Positions 1 through 14,625 of a DNA stretch of 64,000 nucleotides are shown one piece after another (position 1 is the stretch's first letter; each line of letters starts with the position of its first letter). Origin of the DNA: Lingula anatina (taxonomy: Eukaryota > Animalia > Brachiopoda); the NCBI GenBank assembly GCA_051362555.1, contig CM120646.1, positions 10,168,001-10,232,000 on the forward strand. The letters are read 5' to 3'. The notes below the pieces were generated by a model, which saw only the letters and a list, made by a program, of their open reading frames with translations, ran no database searches and was not told the origin of the DNA. The position numbers were made by a program, and so were the translations under genes.

Positions 1-3000
1 TCCAAAAAAATCTTTTTCATGGGTCACAGTCAACTGATGAGCTTATCACAGATTTTTATTGATGTTAAGCATCATTTGTCCAAATTTTACAAATATTGGA
101 CCTGATTTGTCAATATTATTAACGTTTAACTTTTTTAATTAATGGAATTTGCCATTCTTTTCAATGTAATTTTCAGTTTTCTCAAATATATTGTCCAAAA
201 AAATCTTTTTCATGGGTCACAGTCAACTGATGAGCTTATCACAGATTTTTGTTTTTGTTAAGAATTATTTGTCCAAAGTTTACAAATATTGGAATATATT
301 TGTCAAAATTATTAACGTTTAACTATTTTAATCCTTGGAGTTTGCTAGTCTTTTCAATGTACTTTTAATTTTTCTCAAATATATTGTCAAAAAAAATCTT
401 TTTCATGGGACACAGTCAACTGATGAGCTTATCACAGATTTTTATTAATGTTAAGCATTATTTGTCCAAAGTTTACAAATATTGGAATAGATTTGTCAAA
501 ATTATTAACGTTTAACTATTTTAATCCATGGAATTTGCTAGTCTTTTCAATGTAATTTTCAGTTTTCTCTAATATATTGTCCAAAAAAATCTTTTTCATG
601 GGTCACAGTCAACTGATGAGCTTATCACAGATTTTTATTGATGTTAAGCATCATTTGTCCAAATTTTACAAATATTGGACCTGATTTGTCAAAATTATTA
701 ACGTTTAACTTTTTTAATTCATGGAATTTGCCATTCTTTTCAATGTAATTTTCAGTTTTCTCAAATATATTGTCCAAAAAAATCTTTTTCATGGGTCACA
801 GTCAACTGATGAGCTTATCACAGATTTTTATTGATGTTAAGCATCATTTGTCCAAATTTTACAAATATTGGACCTGATTTGTCAAAATTATTAACGTTTA
901 ACTTTTTTAATTCATGGAATTTGCCATTCTTTTCAATGTAATTTTCAGTTTTCTCAAATATATTGTCCAAAAAAATCTTTTTCATGGGTCACAGTCAACT
1001 GATGAGCTTATCACAGATTTTTGTTTTTGTTAAGCATCATTTGTCCAAATTTCACTAATATTATACCTGATTTGTCAAAATTATTTACTTTTAACTATTT
1101 TAACCCATGGAATTTGCTAGTCTTTTCAATGTAATTTTCAGTTTTGTCAAATACATTGTCCAAAAGATCTTTTTCATGGGACACAGTCAACTGATGAGCT
1201 TATCACAGATTTTTATTGATGTTAAGCATCATTTGTCCAAGTTTTACAAATATTGGACCTGATTTTTCAAAATTATTAACTTTTAACTATTTTAATCCAT
1301 GGACATTGCTAGTCTTTTCAATGTAATTTTCATTTTTTTCAAATATATTGTCCCAAAAAATCCTTTTCATTAGACACAGTCAACTATTAAGCTTAACTTT
1401 ATCAAAATTATTAATGTTTAAGTATTTTAACCTGTTAAATTAGTCACTTTTTATAATTTAATTTTCACTTTTTTCAAATTATATATTGTTGTTTTTGTAG
1501 GTGACTCTTTCCATACAGCGTGGTGGCTTCTTGGTTAACTAATACTTTCTGTCTGGTCATGGCTAATTCCTATAGAAAAAGCAGGCAGTGAAAGACAGTA
1601 GCAAGAGGAAAGCTATGTCTCATCCATGTGTACAATAGATGGTATTTGGCAAGATTTAGGACATTGTGAAATGGTGTGCTAAACCCTGATTCCAGAAACC
1701 CATTGCAAGGAGGAATCTGCATCTGGTATTGGTAGTAAGGAGCAGTCTTGATTGGGCATATATTGTTTTCCGGATGACAGTTATGGGTAATATTCCACCT
1801 CTCACACAAACAAACACAAATCATAACATTTGCTGTTTCATTTGAGACTAAATTATATGTTGTAAAATTGGAAATAATTTTTTCGGTATTTCTAATTCTT
1901 CTTATACAAATTGCCAATAAACAACATTTCTATTACTCACAGTCTATTGGTAAACTTATCGCAGATTTTTATTGGTGTCAAGCATCATTTGTCCAAATTT
2001 CACAAATATTGCACTTGATTGGTCAAAATTATTGACATTTAACTATTTTAATCCTTGGAGTTTGCTAGTCTTTTCAATGTACTTTTCATTTTTCTCAAAT
2101 ATATTGTCCAAAAAAATCTTTTTCATGGGACACAGTCAACTGATGAGCTTATCACAGATTTTTATTGATGTTAAGCATCATTTGTCCAAAGTTTACAAAT
2201 ATTGGAATAGATTTGTCAAAATTATTAACGTTTAACTATTTAAATCCATGGAATTTGCTAGTCTTTTCAATGTAATTTTCAGTTTTCTCTAATATATTGT
2301 CCAAAAAAATCTTTTTCATGGGTCACAGTCAACTGATGAGCTTATCACAGATTTTTATTGATGTTAAGCATCATTTGTCCAAATTTTACAAATATTGGAC
2401 CTGATTTGTCAAAATTATTAACGTTTAACTTTTTTAATTAATGGAATTTGCCATTCTTTTCAATGTAATTTTCAGTTTTCTCAAATATATTGTCCAAAAA
2501 AATCTTTTTCATGGGTCACAGTCAACTGATGAGCTTATCACAGATTTTTGTTTTTGTTAAGAATTATTTGTCCAAAGTTTACAAATATTGGAATAGATTT
2601 GTCAAAATTATTAACGTTTAACTATTTTAATCCTTGGAGTTTGCTAGTCTTTTCAATGTACTTTTAATTTTTCTCAAATATATTGTCAAAAAAAATCTTT
2701 TTCATGGGACACAGTCAACTGATGAGCTTATCACAGATTTTTATTAATGTTAAGCATTATTTGTCCAAAGTTTACAAATATTGGAATAGATTTGTCAAAA
2801 TTATTAACGTTTAACTATTTTAATCCATGGAATTTGCTAGTCTTTTCAATGTAATTTTCAGTTTTCTCTAATATATTGTCCAAAAAAATCTTTTTCATGG
2901 GTCACAGTCAACTGATGAGCTTATCACAGATTTTTATTGATGTTAAGCATCATTTGTCCAAATTTTACAAATATTGGACCTGATTTGTCAAAATTATTAA

Positions 3001-6000
3001 CGTTTAACTTTTTTAATTCATGGAATTTGCCATTCTTTTCAATGTAATTTTCAGTTTTCTCAAATATATTGTCCAAAAAAATCTTTTTCATGGGTCACAG
3101 TCAACTGATGAGCTTATCACAGATTTTTATTGATGTTAAGCATCATTTGTCCAAATTTTACAAATATTGGACCTGATTTGTCAAAATTATTAACGTTTAA
3201 CTTTTTTAATTCATGGAATTTGCCATTCTTTTCAATGTAATTTTCAGTTTTCTCAAATATATTGTCCAAAAAAATCTTTTTCATGGGTCACAGTCAACTG
3301 ATGAGCTTATCACAGATTTTTGTTTTTGTTAAGCATCATTTGTCCAAATTTCACTAATATTATACCTGATTTGTCAAAATTATTAACTTTTAACTATTTT
3401 AACCCATGGAATTTGCTAGTCTTTTCAATGTAATTTTCAGTTTTGTCAAATACATTGTCCAAAAGATCTTTTTCATGGGACACAGTCAACTGATGAGCTT
3501 ATCACAGATTTTTATTGATGTTAAGCATCATTTGTCCAAGTTTTACAAATATTGGACCTGATTTTTCAAAATTATTAACTTTTAACTATTTTAATCCATG
3601 GACATTGCTAGTCTTTTCAATGTAATTTTCATTTTTTTCAAATATATTGTCCCAAAAAATCCTTTTCATTAGACACAGTCAACTATTAAGCTTAACTTTA
3701 TCAAAATTATTAATGTTTAAGTATTTTAACCTGTTAAATTAGTCACTTTTTATAATTTAATTTTCACTTTTTTCAAATTATATATTGTTGTTTTTGTAGG
3801 TGACTCTTTCCATACAGCGTGGTGGCTTCTTGGTTAACTATTACTTTCTGTCTGGTCATGGCTAATTCCTATAGAAAAAGCAGGCAGTGAAAGACAGTAG
3901 CAAGAGGAAAGCTATGTCTCATCCATGTGTACAATAGATGGTATTTGGCAAGATTTAGGACATTGTGAAATGGTGTGCTAAACCCTGATTCCAGAAACCC
4001 ATTGCAAGGAGGAATCTGCATCTGGTATTGGTAGTAAGGAGCAGTCTTGAATGGGCATATATTGTTTTCTGGATGACAGTTATGGGTAATTTTCCACCTC
4101 TCACACAAACAAACACAAATCATAACATTTGCTGTTTCATTTGAGACTAAATTATATGTTGTAAAATTGTAAATAATTTTTTCGGTATTTCTAATTCTTC
4201 TTATACAAATTGCCAATAAACAACATTTCTATTACTCACAGTCAATTGGTAAACTTATTGCAGATTTTTATTGGTGTCAAGCATCATTTGTCCAAATTTC
4301 ACAAATATTGCACTTGATTGGTCAAAATTATTGACATTTAACTATTTTAATCCTTGGAGTTTGCTAGTCTTTTCAATGTACTTTTCATTTTTCTCAAATA
4401 TATTGTCCAAAAAAATCTTTTTCATGGGACACAGTCAACTGATGAGCTTATCACAGATTTTTATTGATGTTAAGCATCATTTGTCCAAAGTTTACAAATA
4501 TTGGAATAGATTTGTCAAAATTATTAACGTTTAACTATTTAAATCCATGGAATTTGCTAGTCTTTTCAATGTAATTTTCAGTTTTCTCTAATATATTGTC
4601 CAAAAAAATATTTTTCATGGGTCACAGTCAACTGATGAGCTTATCACAGATTTTTATTGATGTTAAGCATCATTTGTCCAAATTTTACAAATATTGGACC
4701 TGATTTGTCAAAATTATTAACGTTTAACTTTTTTAATTAATGGAATTTGCCATTCTTTTCAATGTAATTTTCAGTTTTCTCAAATATATTGTCCAAAAAA
4801 ATCTTTTTCATGGGTCACAGTCAACTGATGAGCTTATCACAGATTTTTGTTTTTGTTAAGAATTATTTGTCCAAAGTTTACAAATATTGGAATAGATTTG
4901 TCAAAATTATTAACGTTTAACTATTTTAATCCTTGGAGTTTGCTAGTCTTTTCAATGTACTTTTAATTTTTCTCAAATATATTGTCAAAAAAAATCTTTT
5001 TCATGGGACACAGTCAACTGATGAGCTTATCACAGATTTTTATTAATGTTAAGCATTATTTGTCCAAAGTTTACAAATATTGGAATAGATTTGTCAAAAT
5101 TATTAACGTTTAACTATTTTAATCCATGGAATTTGCTAGTCTTTTCAATGTAATTTTCAGTTTTCTCTAATATATTGTCCAAAAAAATCTTTTTCATGGG
5201 TCACAGTCAACTGATGAGCTTATCACAGATTTTTATTGATGTTAAGCATCATTTGTCCAAATTTTACAAATATTGGACCTGATTTGTCAAAATTATTAAC
5301 GTTTAACTTTTTTAATTCATGGAATTTGCCATTCTTTTCAATGTAATTTTCAGTTTTCTCAAATATATTGTCCAAAAAAATCTTTTTCATGGGTCACAGT
5401 CAACTGATGAGCTTATCACAGATTTTTATTGATGTTAAGCATCATTTGTCCAAATTTTACAAATATTGGACCTGATTTGTCAAAATTATTAACGTTTAAC
5501 TTTTTTAATTCATGGAATTTGCCATTCTTTTCAATGTAATTTTCAGTTTTCTCAAATATATTGTCCAAAAAAATCTTTTTCATGGGTCACAGTCAACTGA
5601 TGAGCTTATCACAGATTTTTGTTTTTGTTAAGCATCATTTGTCCAAATTTCACTAATATTATACCTGATTTGTCAAAATTATTTACTTTTAACTATTTTA
5701 ACCCATGGAATTTGCTAGTCTTTTCAATGTAATTTTCAGTTTTGTCAAATACATTGTCCAAAAGATCTTTTTCATGGGACACAGTCAACTGATGAGCTTA
5801 TCACAGATTTTTATTGATGTTAAGCATCATTTGTCCAAGTTTTACAAATATTGGACCTGATTTTTCAAAATTATTAACTTTTAACTATTTTAATCCATGG
5901 ACATTGCTAGTCTTTTCAATGTAATTTTCATTTTTTTCAAATATATTGTCCCAAAAAATCCTTTTCATTAGACACAGTCAACTATTAAGCTTAACTTTAT

Positions 6001-9000
6001 CAAAATTATTAATGTTTAAGTATTTTAACCTGTTAAATTAGTCACTTTTTATAATTTAATTTTCACTTTTTTCAAATTATATATTGTTGTTTTTGTAGGT
6101 GACTCTTTCCATACAGCGTGGTGGCTTCTTGGTTAACTATTACTTTCTGTCTGGTCATGGCTAATTCCTATAGAAAAAGCAGGCAGTGAAAGACAGTAGC
6201 AAGAGGAAAGCTATGTCTCATCCATGTGTACAATAGATGGTATTTGGCAAGATTTAGGACATTGTGAAATGGTGTGCTAAACCCTGATTCCAGAAACCCA
6301 TTGCAAGGAGGAATCTGCATCTGGTATTGGTAGTAAGGAGCAGTCTTGAATGGGCATATATTGTTTTCTGGATGACAGTTATGGGTAATTTTCCACCTCT
6401 CACACAAACAAACACAAATCATAACATTTGCTGTTTCATTTGAGACTAAATTATATGTTGTAAAATTGTAAATAATTTTTTCGGTATTTCTAATTCTTCT
6501 TATACAAATTGCCAATAAACAACATTTCTATTACTCACAGTCAATTGGTAAACTTATTGCAGATTTTTATTGGTGTCAAGCATCATTTGTCCAAATTTCA
6601 CAAATATTGCACTTGATTGGTCAAAATTATTGACATTTAACTATTTTAATCCTTGGAGTTTGCTAGTCTTTTCAATGTACTTTTCATTTTTCTCAAATAT
6701 ATTGTCCAAAAAAATCTTTTTCATGGGACACAGTCAACTGATGAGCTTATCACAGATTTTTATTGATGTTAAGCATCATTTGTCCAAAGTTTACAAATAT
6801 TGGAATAGATTTGTCAAAATTATTAACGTTTAACTATTTAAATCCATGGAATTTGCTAGTCTTTTCAATGTAATTTTCAGTTTTCTCAAATATATTGTCC
6901 AAAAAAATCTTTTTCATGGGTCACAGTCAACTGATGAGCTTATCACAGATTTTTATTGATGTTAAGCATCATTTGTCCAAAGTTTACAAATATTGGACCT
7001 GATTTGTCAAAATTATTAACGTTTAACTTTTTTAATTAATGGAATTTGCCATTCTTTTCAATGTAATTTTCAGTTTTCTCAAATATATTGTCCAAAAAAA
7101 TCTTTTTCATGGGTCACAGTCAACTGATGAGCTTATCACAGATTTTTGTTTTTGTTAAGCATTATTTGTCCAAAGTTTACAAATATTGGAATAGATTTGT
7201 CAAAATTATTAACGTTTAACTATTTTAATCCTTGGAGTTTGCTAGTCTTTTCAATGTACTTTTAATTTTTCTCAAATATATTGTCAAAAAAAATCTTTTT
7301 CATGGGACACAGTCAACTGATGAGCTTATCACAGATTTTTATTAATGTTAAGCATTATTTGTCCAAAGTTTACAAATATTGGAATAGATTTGTCAAAATT
7401 ATTAACGTTTAACTATTTTAATCCATGTAATTTGCTAGTCTTTTCAATGTAATTTTCAGTTTTCTCTAATATATTGTCCAAAAAAATCTTTTTCATGGGT
7501 CACAGTCAACTGATGAGCTTATCACAGATTTTTATTGATGTTAAGCATCATTTGTCCAAATTTTACAAATATTGGACCTGATTTGTCAAAATTATTAACG
7601 TTTAACTTTTTTAATTCATGGAATTTGCCATTCTTTTCAATGTAATTTTCAGTTTTCTCAAATATATTGTCCAAAAAAATCTTTTTCATGGGTCACAGTC
7701 AACTGATGAGCTTATCACAGATTTTTATTGATGTTAAGCATCATTTGTCCAAATTTTACAAATATTGGACCTGATTTGTCAAAATTATTAACGTTTAACT
7801 TTTTTAATTCATGGAATTTGCCATTCTTTTCAATGTAATTTTCAGTTTTCTCAAATATATTGTCCAAAAAAATCTTTTTCATGGGTCACAGTCAACTGAT
7901 GAGCTTATCACAGATTTTTGTTTTTGTTAAGCATCATTTGTCCAAATTTCACTAATATTATACCTGATTTGTCAAAATTATTTACTTTTAACTATTTTAA
8001 CCCATGGAATTTGCTAGTCTTTTCAATGTAATTTTCAGTTTTGTCAAATACATTGTCCAAAAGATCTTTTTCATGGGACACAGTCAACTGATGAGCTTAT
8101 CACAGATTTTTATTGATGTTAAGCATCATTTGTCCAAGTTTTACAAATATTGGACCTGATTTTTCAAAATTATTAACTTTTAACTATTTTAATCCATGGA
8201 CATTGCTAGTCTTTTCAATGTAATTTTCATTTTTTTCAAATATATTGTCCCAAAAAATCCTTTTCATTAGACACAGTCAACTATTAAGCTTAACTTTATC
8301 AAAATTATTAATGTTTAAGTATTTTAACCTGTTAAATTAGTCACTTTTTATAATTTAATTTTCACTTTTTTCAAATTATATATTGTTGTTTTTGTAGGTG
8401 ACTCTTTCCATACAGCGTGGTGGCTTCTTGGTTAACTAATACTTTCTGTCTGGTCATGGCTAATTCCTATAGAAAAAGCAGGCAGTGAAAGACAGTAGCA
8501 AGAGGAAAGCTATGTCTCATCCATGTGTACAATAGATGGTATTTGGCAAGATTTAGGACATTGTGAAATGGTGTGCTAAACCCTGATTCCAGAAACCCAT
8601 TGCAAGGAGGAATCTGCATCTGGTATTGGTAGTAAGGAGCAGTCTTGATTGGGCATATATTGTTTTCCGGATGACAGTTATGGGTAATATTCCACCTCTC
8701 ACACAAACAAACACAAATCATAACATTTGCTGTTTCATTTGAGACTAAATTATATGTTGTAAAATTGGAAATAATTTTTTCGGTATTTCTAATTCTTCTT
8801 ATACAAATTGCCAATAAACAACATTTCTATTACTCACAGTCTATTGGTAAACTTATCGCAGATTTTTATTGGTGTCAAGCATCATTTGTCCAAATTTCAC
8901 AAATATTGCACTTGATTGGTCAAAATTATTGACATTTAACTATTTTAATCCTTGGAGTTTGCTAGTCTTTTCAATGTACTTTTCATTTTTCTCAAATATA

Positions 9001-12000
9001 TTGTCCAAAAAAATCTTTTTCATGGGACACAGTCAACTGATGAGCTTATCACAGATTTTTATTGATGTTAAGCATCATTTGTCCAAAGTTTACAAATATT
9101 GGAATAGATTTGTCAAAATTATTAACGTTTAACTATTTAAATCCATGGAATTTGCTAGTCTTTTCAATGTAATTTTCAGTTTTCTCTAATATATTGTCCA
9201 AAAAAATCTTTTTCATGGGTCACAGTCAACTGATGAGCTTATCACAGATTTTTATTGATGTTAAGCATCATTTGTCCAAATTTTACAAATATTGGACCTG
9301 ATTTGTCAAAATTATTAACGTTTAACTTTTTTAATTAATGGAATTTGCCATTCTTTTCAATGTAATTTTCAGTTTTCTCAAATATATTGTCCAAAAAAAT
9401 CTTTTTCATGGGTCACAGTCAACTGATGAGCTTATCACAGATTTTTGTTTTTGTTAAGCATTATTTGTCCAAAGTTTACAAATATTGGAATAGATTTGTC
9501 AAAATTATTAACGTTTAACTATTTTAATCCTTGGAGTTTGCTAGTCTTTTCAATGTACTTTTAATTTTTCTCAAATATATTGTCAAAAAAAATCTTTTTC
9601 ATGGGACACAGTCAACTGATGAGCTTATCACAGATTTTTATTAATGTTAAGCATTATTTGTCCAAAGTTTACAAATATTGGAATAGATTTGTCAAAATTA
9701 TTAACGTTTAACTATTTTAATCCATGGAATTTGCTAGTCTTTTCAATGTAATTTTCAGTTTTCTCTAATATATTGTCCAAAAAAATCTTTTTCATGGGTC
9801 ACAGTCAACTGATGAGCTTATCACAGATTTTTATTGATGTTAAGCATCATTTGTCCAAATTTTACAAATATTGGACCTGATTTGTCAAAATTATTAACGT
9901 TTAACTTTTTTAATTCATGGAATTTGCCATTCTTTTCAATGTAATTTTCAGTTTTCTCAAATATATTGTCCAAAAAAATCTTTTTCATGGGTCACAGTCA
10001 ACTGATGAGCTTATCACAGATTTTTATTGATGTTAAGCATCATTTGTCCAAATTTTACAAATATTGGACCTGATTTGTCAAAATTATTAACGTTTAACTT
10101 TTTTAATTCATGGAATTTGCCATTCTTTTCAATGTAATTTTCAGTTTTCTCAAATATATTGTCCAAAAAAATCTTTTTCATGGGTCACAGTCAACTGATG
10201 AGCTTATCACAGATTTTTGTTTTTGTTAAGCATCATTTGTCCAAATTTCACTAATATTATACCTGATTTGTCAAAATTATTAACTTTTAACTATTTTAAC
10301 CCATGGAATTTGCTAGTCTTTTCAATGTAATTTTCAGTTTTGTCAAATACATTGTCCAAAAGATCTTTTTCATGGGACACAGTCAACTGATGAGCTTATC
10401 ACAGATTTTTATTGATGTTAAGCATCATTTGTCCAAGTTTTACAAATATTGGACCTGATTTTTCAAAATTATTAACTTTTAACTATTTTAATCCATGGAC
10501 ATTGCTAGTCTTTTCAATGTAATTTTCATTTTTTTCAAATATATTGTCCCAAAAAATCCTTTTCATTAGACACAGTCAACTATTAAGCTTAACTTTATCA
10601 AAATTATTAATGTTTAAGTATTTTAACCTGTTAAATTAGTCACTTTTTATAATTTAATTTTCACTTTTTTCAAATTATATATTGTTGTTTTTGTAGGTGA
10701 CTCTTTCCATACAGCGTGGTGGCTTCTTGGTTAACTATTACTTTCTGTCTGGTCATGGCTAATTCCTATAGAAAAAGCAGGCAGTGAAAGACAGTAGCAA
10801 GAGGAAAGCTATGTCTCATCCATGTGTACAATAGATGGTATTTGGCAAGATTTAGGACATTGTGAAATGGTGTGCTAAACCCTGATTCCAGAAACCCATT
10901 GCAAGGAGGAATCTGCATCTGGTATTGGTAGTAAGGAGCAGTCTTGAATGGGCATATATTGTTTTCTGGATGACAGTTATGGGTAATTTTCCACCTCTCA
11001 CACAAACAAACACAAATCATAACATTTGCTGTTTCATTTGAGACTAAATTATATGTTGTAAAATTGTAAATAATTTTTTCGGTATTTCTAATTCTTCTTA
11101 TACAAATTGCCAATAAACAACATTTCTATTACTCACAGTCAATTGGTAAACTTATTGCAGATTTTTATTGGTGTCAAGCATCATTTGTCCAAATTTCACA
11201 AATATTGCACTTGATTGGTCAAAATTATGGACATTTAACTATTTTAATCCTTGGAGTTTGCTAGTCTTTTCAATGTACTTTTCATTTTTCTCAAATATAT
11301 TGTCCAAAAAAATCTTTTTCATGGGACACAGTCAACTGATGAGCTTATCACAGATTTTTATTGATGTTAAGCATCATTTGTCCAAAGTTTACAAATATTG
11401 GAATAGATTTGTCAAAATTATTAACGTTTAACTATTTAAATCCATGGAATTTGCTAGTCTTTTCAATGTAATTTTCAGTTTTCTCTAATATATTGTCCAA
11501 AAAAATCTTTTTCATGGGTCACAGTCAACTGATGAGCTTATCACAGATTTTTATTGATGTTAAGCATCATTTGTCCAAATTTTACAAATATTGGACCTGA
11601 TTTGTCAAAATTATTAACGTTTAACTTTTTTAATTAATGGAATTTGCCATTCTTTTCAATGTAATTTTCAGTTTTCTCAAATATATTGTCCAAAAAAATC
11701 TTTTTCATGGGTCACAGTCAACTGATGAGCTTATCACAGATTTTTGTTTTTGTTAAGCATTATTTGTCCAAAGTTTACAAATATTGGAATAGATTTGTCA
11801 AAATTATTAACGTTTAACTATTTTAATCCTTGGAGTTTGCTAGTCTTTTCAATGTACTTTTAATTTTTCTCAAATATATTGTCAAAAAAAATCTTTTTCA
11901 TGGGACACAGTCAACTGATGAGCTTATCACAGATTTTTATTAATGTTAAGCATTATTTGTCCAAAGTTTACAAATATTGGAATAGATTTGTCAAAATTAT

Positions 12001-13430
12001 TAACGTTTAACTATTTTAATCCATGGAATTTGCTAGTCTTTTCAATGTAATTTTCAGTTTTCTCTAATATATTGTCCAAAAAAATCTTTTTCATGGGTCA
12101 CAGTCAACTGATGAGCTTATCACAGATTTTTATTGATGTTAAGCATCATTTGTCCAAATTTTACAAATATTGGACCTGATTTGTCAAAATTATTAACGTT
12201 TAACTTTTTTAATTCATGGAATTTGCCATTCTTTTCAATGTAATTTTCAGTTTTCTCAAATATATTGTCCAAAAAAATCTTTTTCATGGGTCACAGTCAA
12301 CTGATGAGCTTATCACAGATTTTTATTGATGTTAAGCATCATTTGTCCAAATTTTACAAATATTGGACCTGATTTGTCAAAATTATTAACGTTTAACTTT
12401 TTTAATTCATGGAATTTGCCATTCTTTTCAATGTAATTTTCAGTTTTCTCAAATATATTGTCCAAAAAAATCTTTTTCATGGGTCACAGTCAACTGATGA
12501 GCTTATCACAGATTTTTGTTTTTGTTAAGCATCATTTGTCCAAATTTCACTAATATTATACCTGATTTGTCAAAATTATTTACTTTTAACTATTTTAACC
12601 CATGGAATTTGCTAGTCTTTTCAATGTAATTTTCAGTTTTGTCAAATACATTGTCCAAAAGATCTTTTTCATGGGACACAGTCAACTGATGAGCTGATCA
12701 CAGATTTTTATTGATGTTAAGCATCATTTGTCCAAGTTTTACAAATATTGGACCTGATTTTTCAAAATTATTAACTTTTAACTATTTTAATCCATGGACA
12801 TTGCTAGTCTTTTCAATGTAATTTTCATTTTTTTCAAATATATTGTCCCAAAAAATCCTTTTCATTAGACACAGTCAACTATTAAGCTTAACTTTATCAA
12901 AATTATTAATGTTTAAGTATTTTAACCTGTTAAATTAGTCACTTTTTATAATTTAATTTTCACTTTTTTCAAATTATATATTGTTGTTTTTGTAGGTGAC
13001 TCTTTCCATACAGCGTGGTGGCTTCTTGGTTAACTAATACTTTCTGTCTGGTCATGGCTAATTCCTATAGAAAAAGCAGGCAGTGAAAGACAGTAGCAAG
13101 AGGAAAGCTATGTCTCATCCATGTGTACAATAGATGGTATTTGGCAAGATTTAGGACATTGTGAAATGGTGTGCTAAACCCTGATTCCAGAAACCCATTG
13201 CAAGGAGGAATCTGCATCTGGTATTGGTAGTAAGGAGCAGTCTTGAATGGGCATATATTGTTTTCCGGATGACAGTTATGGGTAATATTCCACCTCTCAC
13301 ACAAACAAACACAAATCATAACATTTGCTGTTTCATTTGAGACTAAATTATATGTTGTAAAATTGGAAATAATTTTTTCGGTATTTCTAATTCTTCTTAT
13401 ACAAATTGCCAATAAACAACATTTCTATTA
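1..13430. repeat. Higher-order tandem repeat, 2,299-bp period: about 9 x 193-bp monomers plus a ~560-bp partial monomer and unique cassette; runs off the left edge
   Basis: CTGATGAG landmark at 34, 227, 420, 613, 806, 999, 1191 (193-bp spacing, one of 192). The cassette starts at 1501, 3800, 6099, 8398, 10697, 12996 (exact 2,299 spacing), and the supplied ORFs repeat at the same period. Units differ by only a few SNPs. Confidence 0.98.
1501..1921 (+). other. Exon-like cassette in each HOR unit (copies at +2299n; diverged copy 14328-14772)
   Basis: Preceded by a T-rich tract and AG (ttgttgtttttgtag|GTGAC); more GC-rich than the monomers; candidate donor GGTA|gtaagg at ~1735; AATAAA at 1916-1921. 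No long sense ORF. Confidence 0.5.
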
Positions 13431-14569
13431 CACAGTCAATTCGTAAGCTTATCGCAGATTTTTATTGGTGTCAAGCATCATTTGTCCAAATTTCACAAAT
13501 ATTGCACTTGATTGGTCAAAATTATTGACGTTTAACTATTTTAATCCTTGGAATTTGCTAGTCTTTTCAATGTACTTTTCAGTTTTCTCAAATACATTGT
13601 CCAAAAAATCTTTTTCATGGAACACAGTCAACTGATAAGCTTATCACAGATTTTTATTGATGTTAAGCATCATTTGTCCAAATTTCACAAATATCGGACC
13701 TGATTTGTCAAAATTATTAACGTTTAACTTTTTTAATCCATGGAATTTGCTAGTCTTTTCAATGTAATTTTCAGTTTTCTCAAATATATTGTCCAAAAAA
13801 ATCTTTTTCATGGGTCACAGTCAACTGATGAGCTTATCACAGATTTTTATTGATGTTAAGCATCATTTGTCCAAATTTTACAAATATTGGACCTGATTTG
13901 TCAAAATTATTAACGTTTAACTATTTTAATCCATGGAATTTGCTAGTCTTTTCAAAGTAATTTTCAGTTTTCTCAAATATATTGTCCAAAAAAATCTTTT
14001 TCATGAGTCACAGTCAACTGATGAGCTTATTGCAGATTTTTATTGTTGATAAGCATCATTTGTCCAAAGTTTACAAATATTGGAATAGATTTGTCAAAAT
14101 TATTATCGTTTAACTATTTTAATCCATGGAATTTGCTAGTCTTTTCAATGTAATTTTCAGTTTTCTCAAATACATTGTCCAAAAAAATCCTTTTCATTAG
14201 ACACAGTCAACTATTAAGCTTAACTTTATCAAAATTATTAATGTTTAAGTATTTTAGCTTGTTAAATTAGTCACTTTTTATAATTTAATTTTCACTTTTT
14301 TCAAATTATATATTGTTCTTTTTCCAGGTGACCCTTTACATACAGCGTGGTGGCTTCTAGGAGAACTCACACTTCTTGTCTGGTCATGGATAATTCCTAT
14401 ATAATAGGAATATCAGGCAGTAGCAAAAGCAACACGTACTGTGTCTTGTCCATGTGTACAATAAATGGTATTTAGCAAGATTTAGGACATTAAATGGTGT
14501 GCTGATATCAGAAACCCATTGCAAGGAGGAATCTGCATCTTGTATTGGTAGTAAGGAGAAGTCTTGAAT

Positions 14570-14625
<56 letters not shown>

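Noticed and set aside
34-80. Hammerhead ribozyme / retrozyme in the monomer (CTGATGAG core)
   Set aside because: The stem after CUGAUGA closes onto AUCA rather than the required GAAA, and there is no GAAAC-type strand in the monomer.
1625-1682. Sushi/CCP-like peptide MCTIDGIWQDLGHC in the cassette
   Set aside because: Bounded by stops, and the Trp codon is TAG in the diverged copy.
1570-13412. Repeated 115-aa (-) and 87-aa (+) ORFs as a tandem gene family
   Set aside because: Non-ATG starts and no recognisable domain. The 87-aa ORF is just satellite monomer, and the 115-aa frame is not preserved in the diverged copy.
1-14300. CRISPR-like repeat-spacer array
   Set aside because: The 'spacers' are themselves repeated, units are 193 bp, the context is eukaryotic and there are no cas genes.
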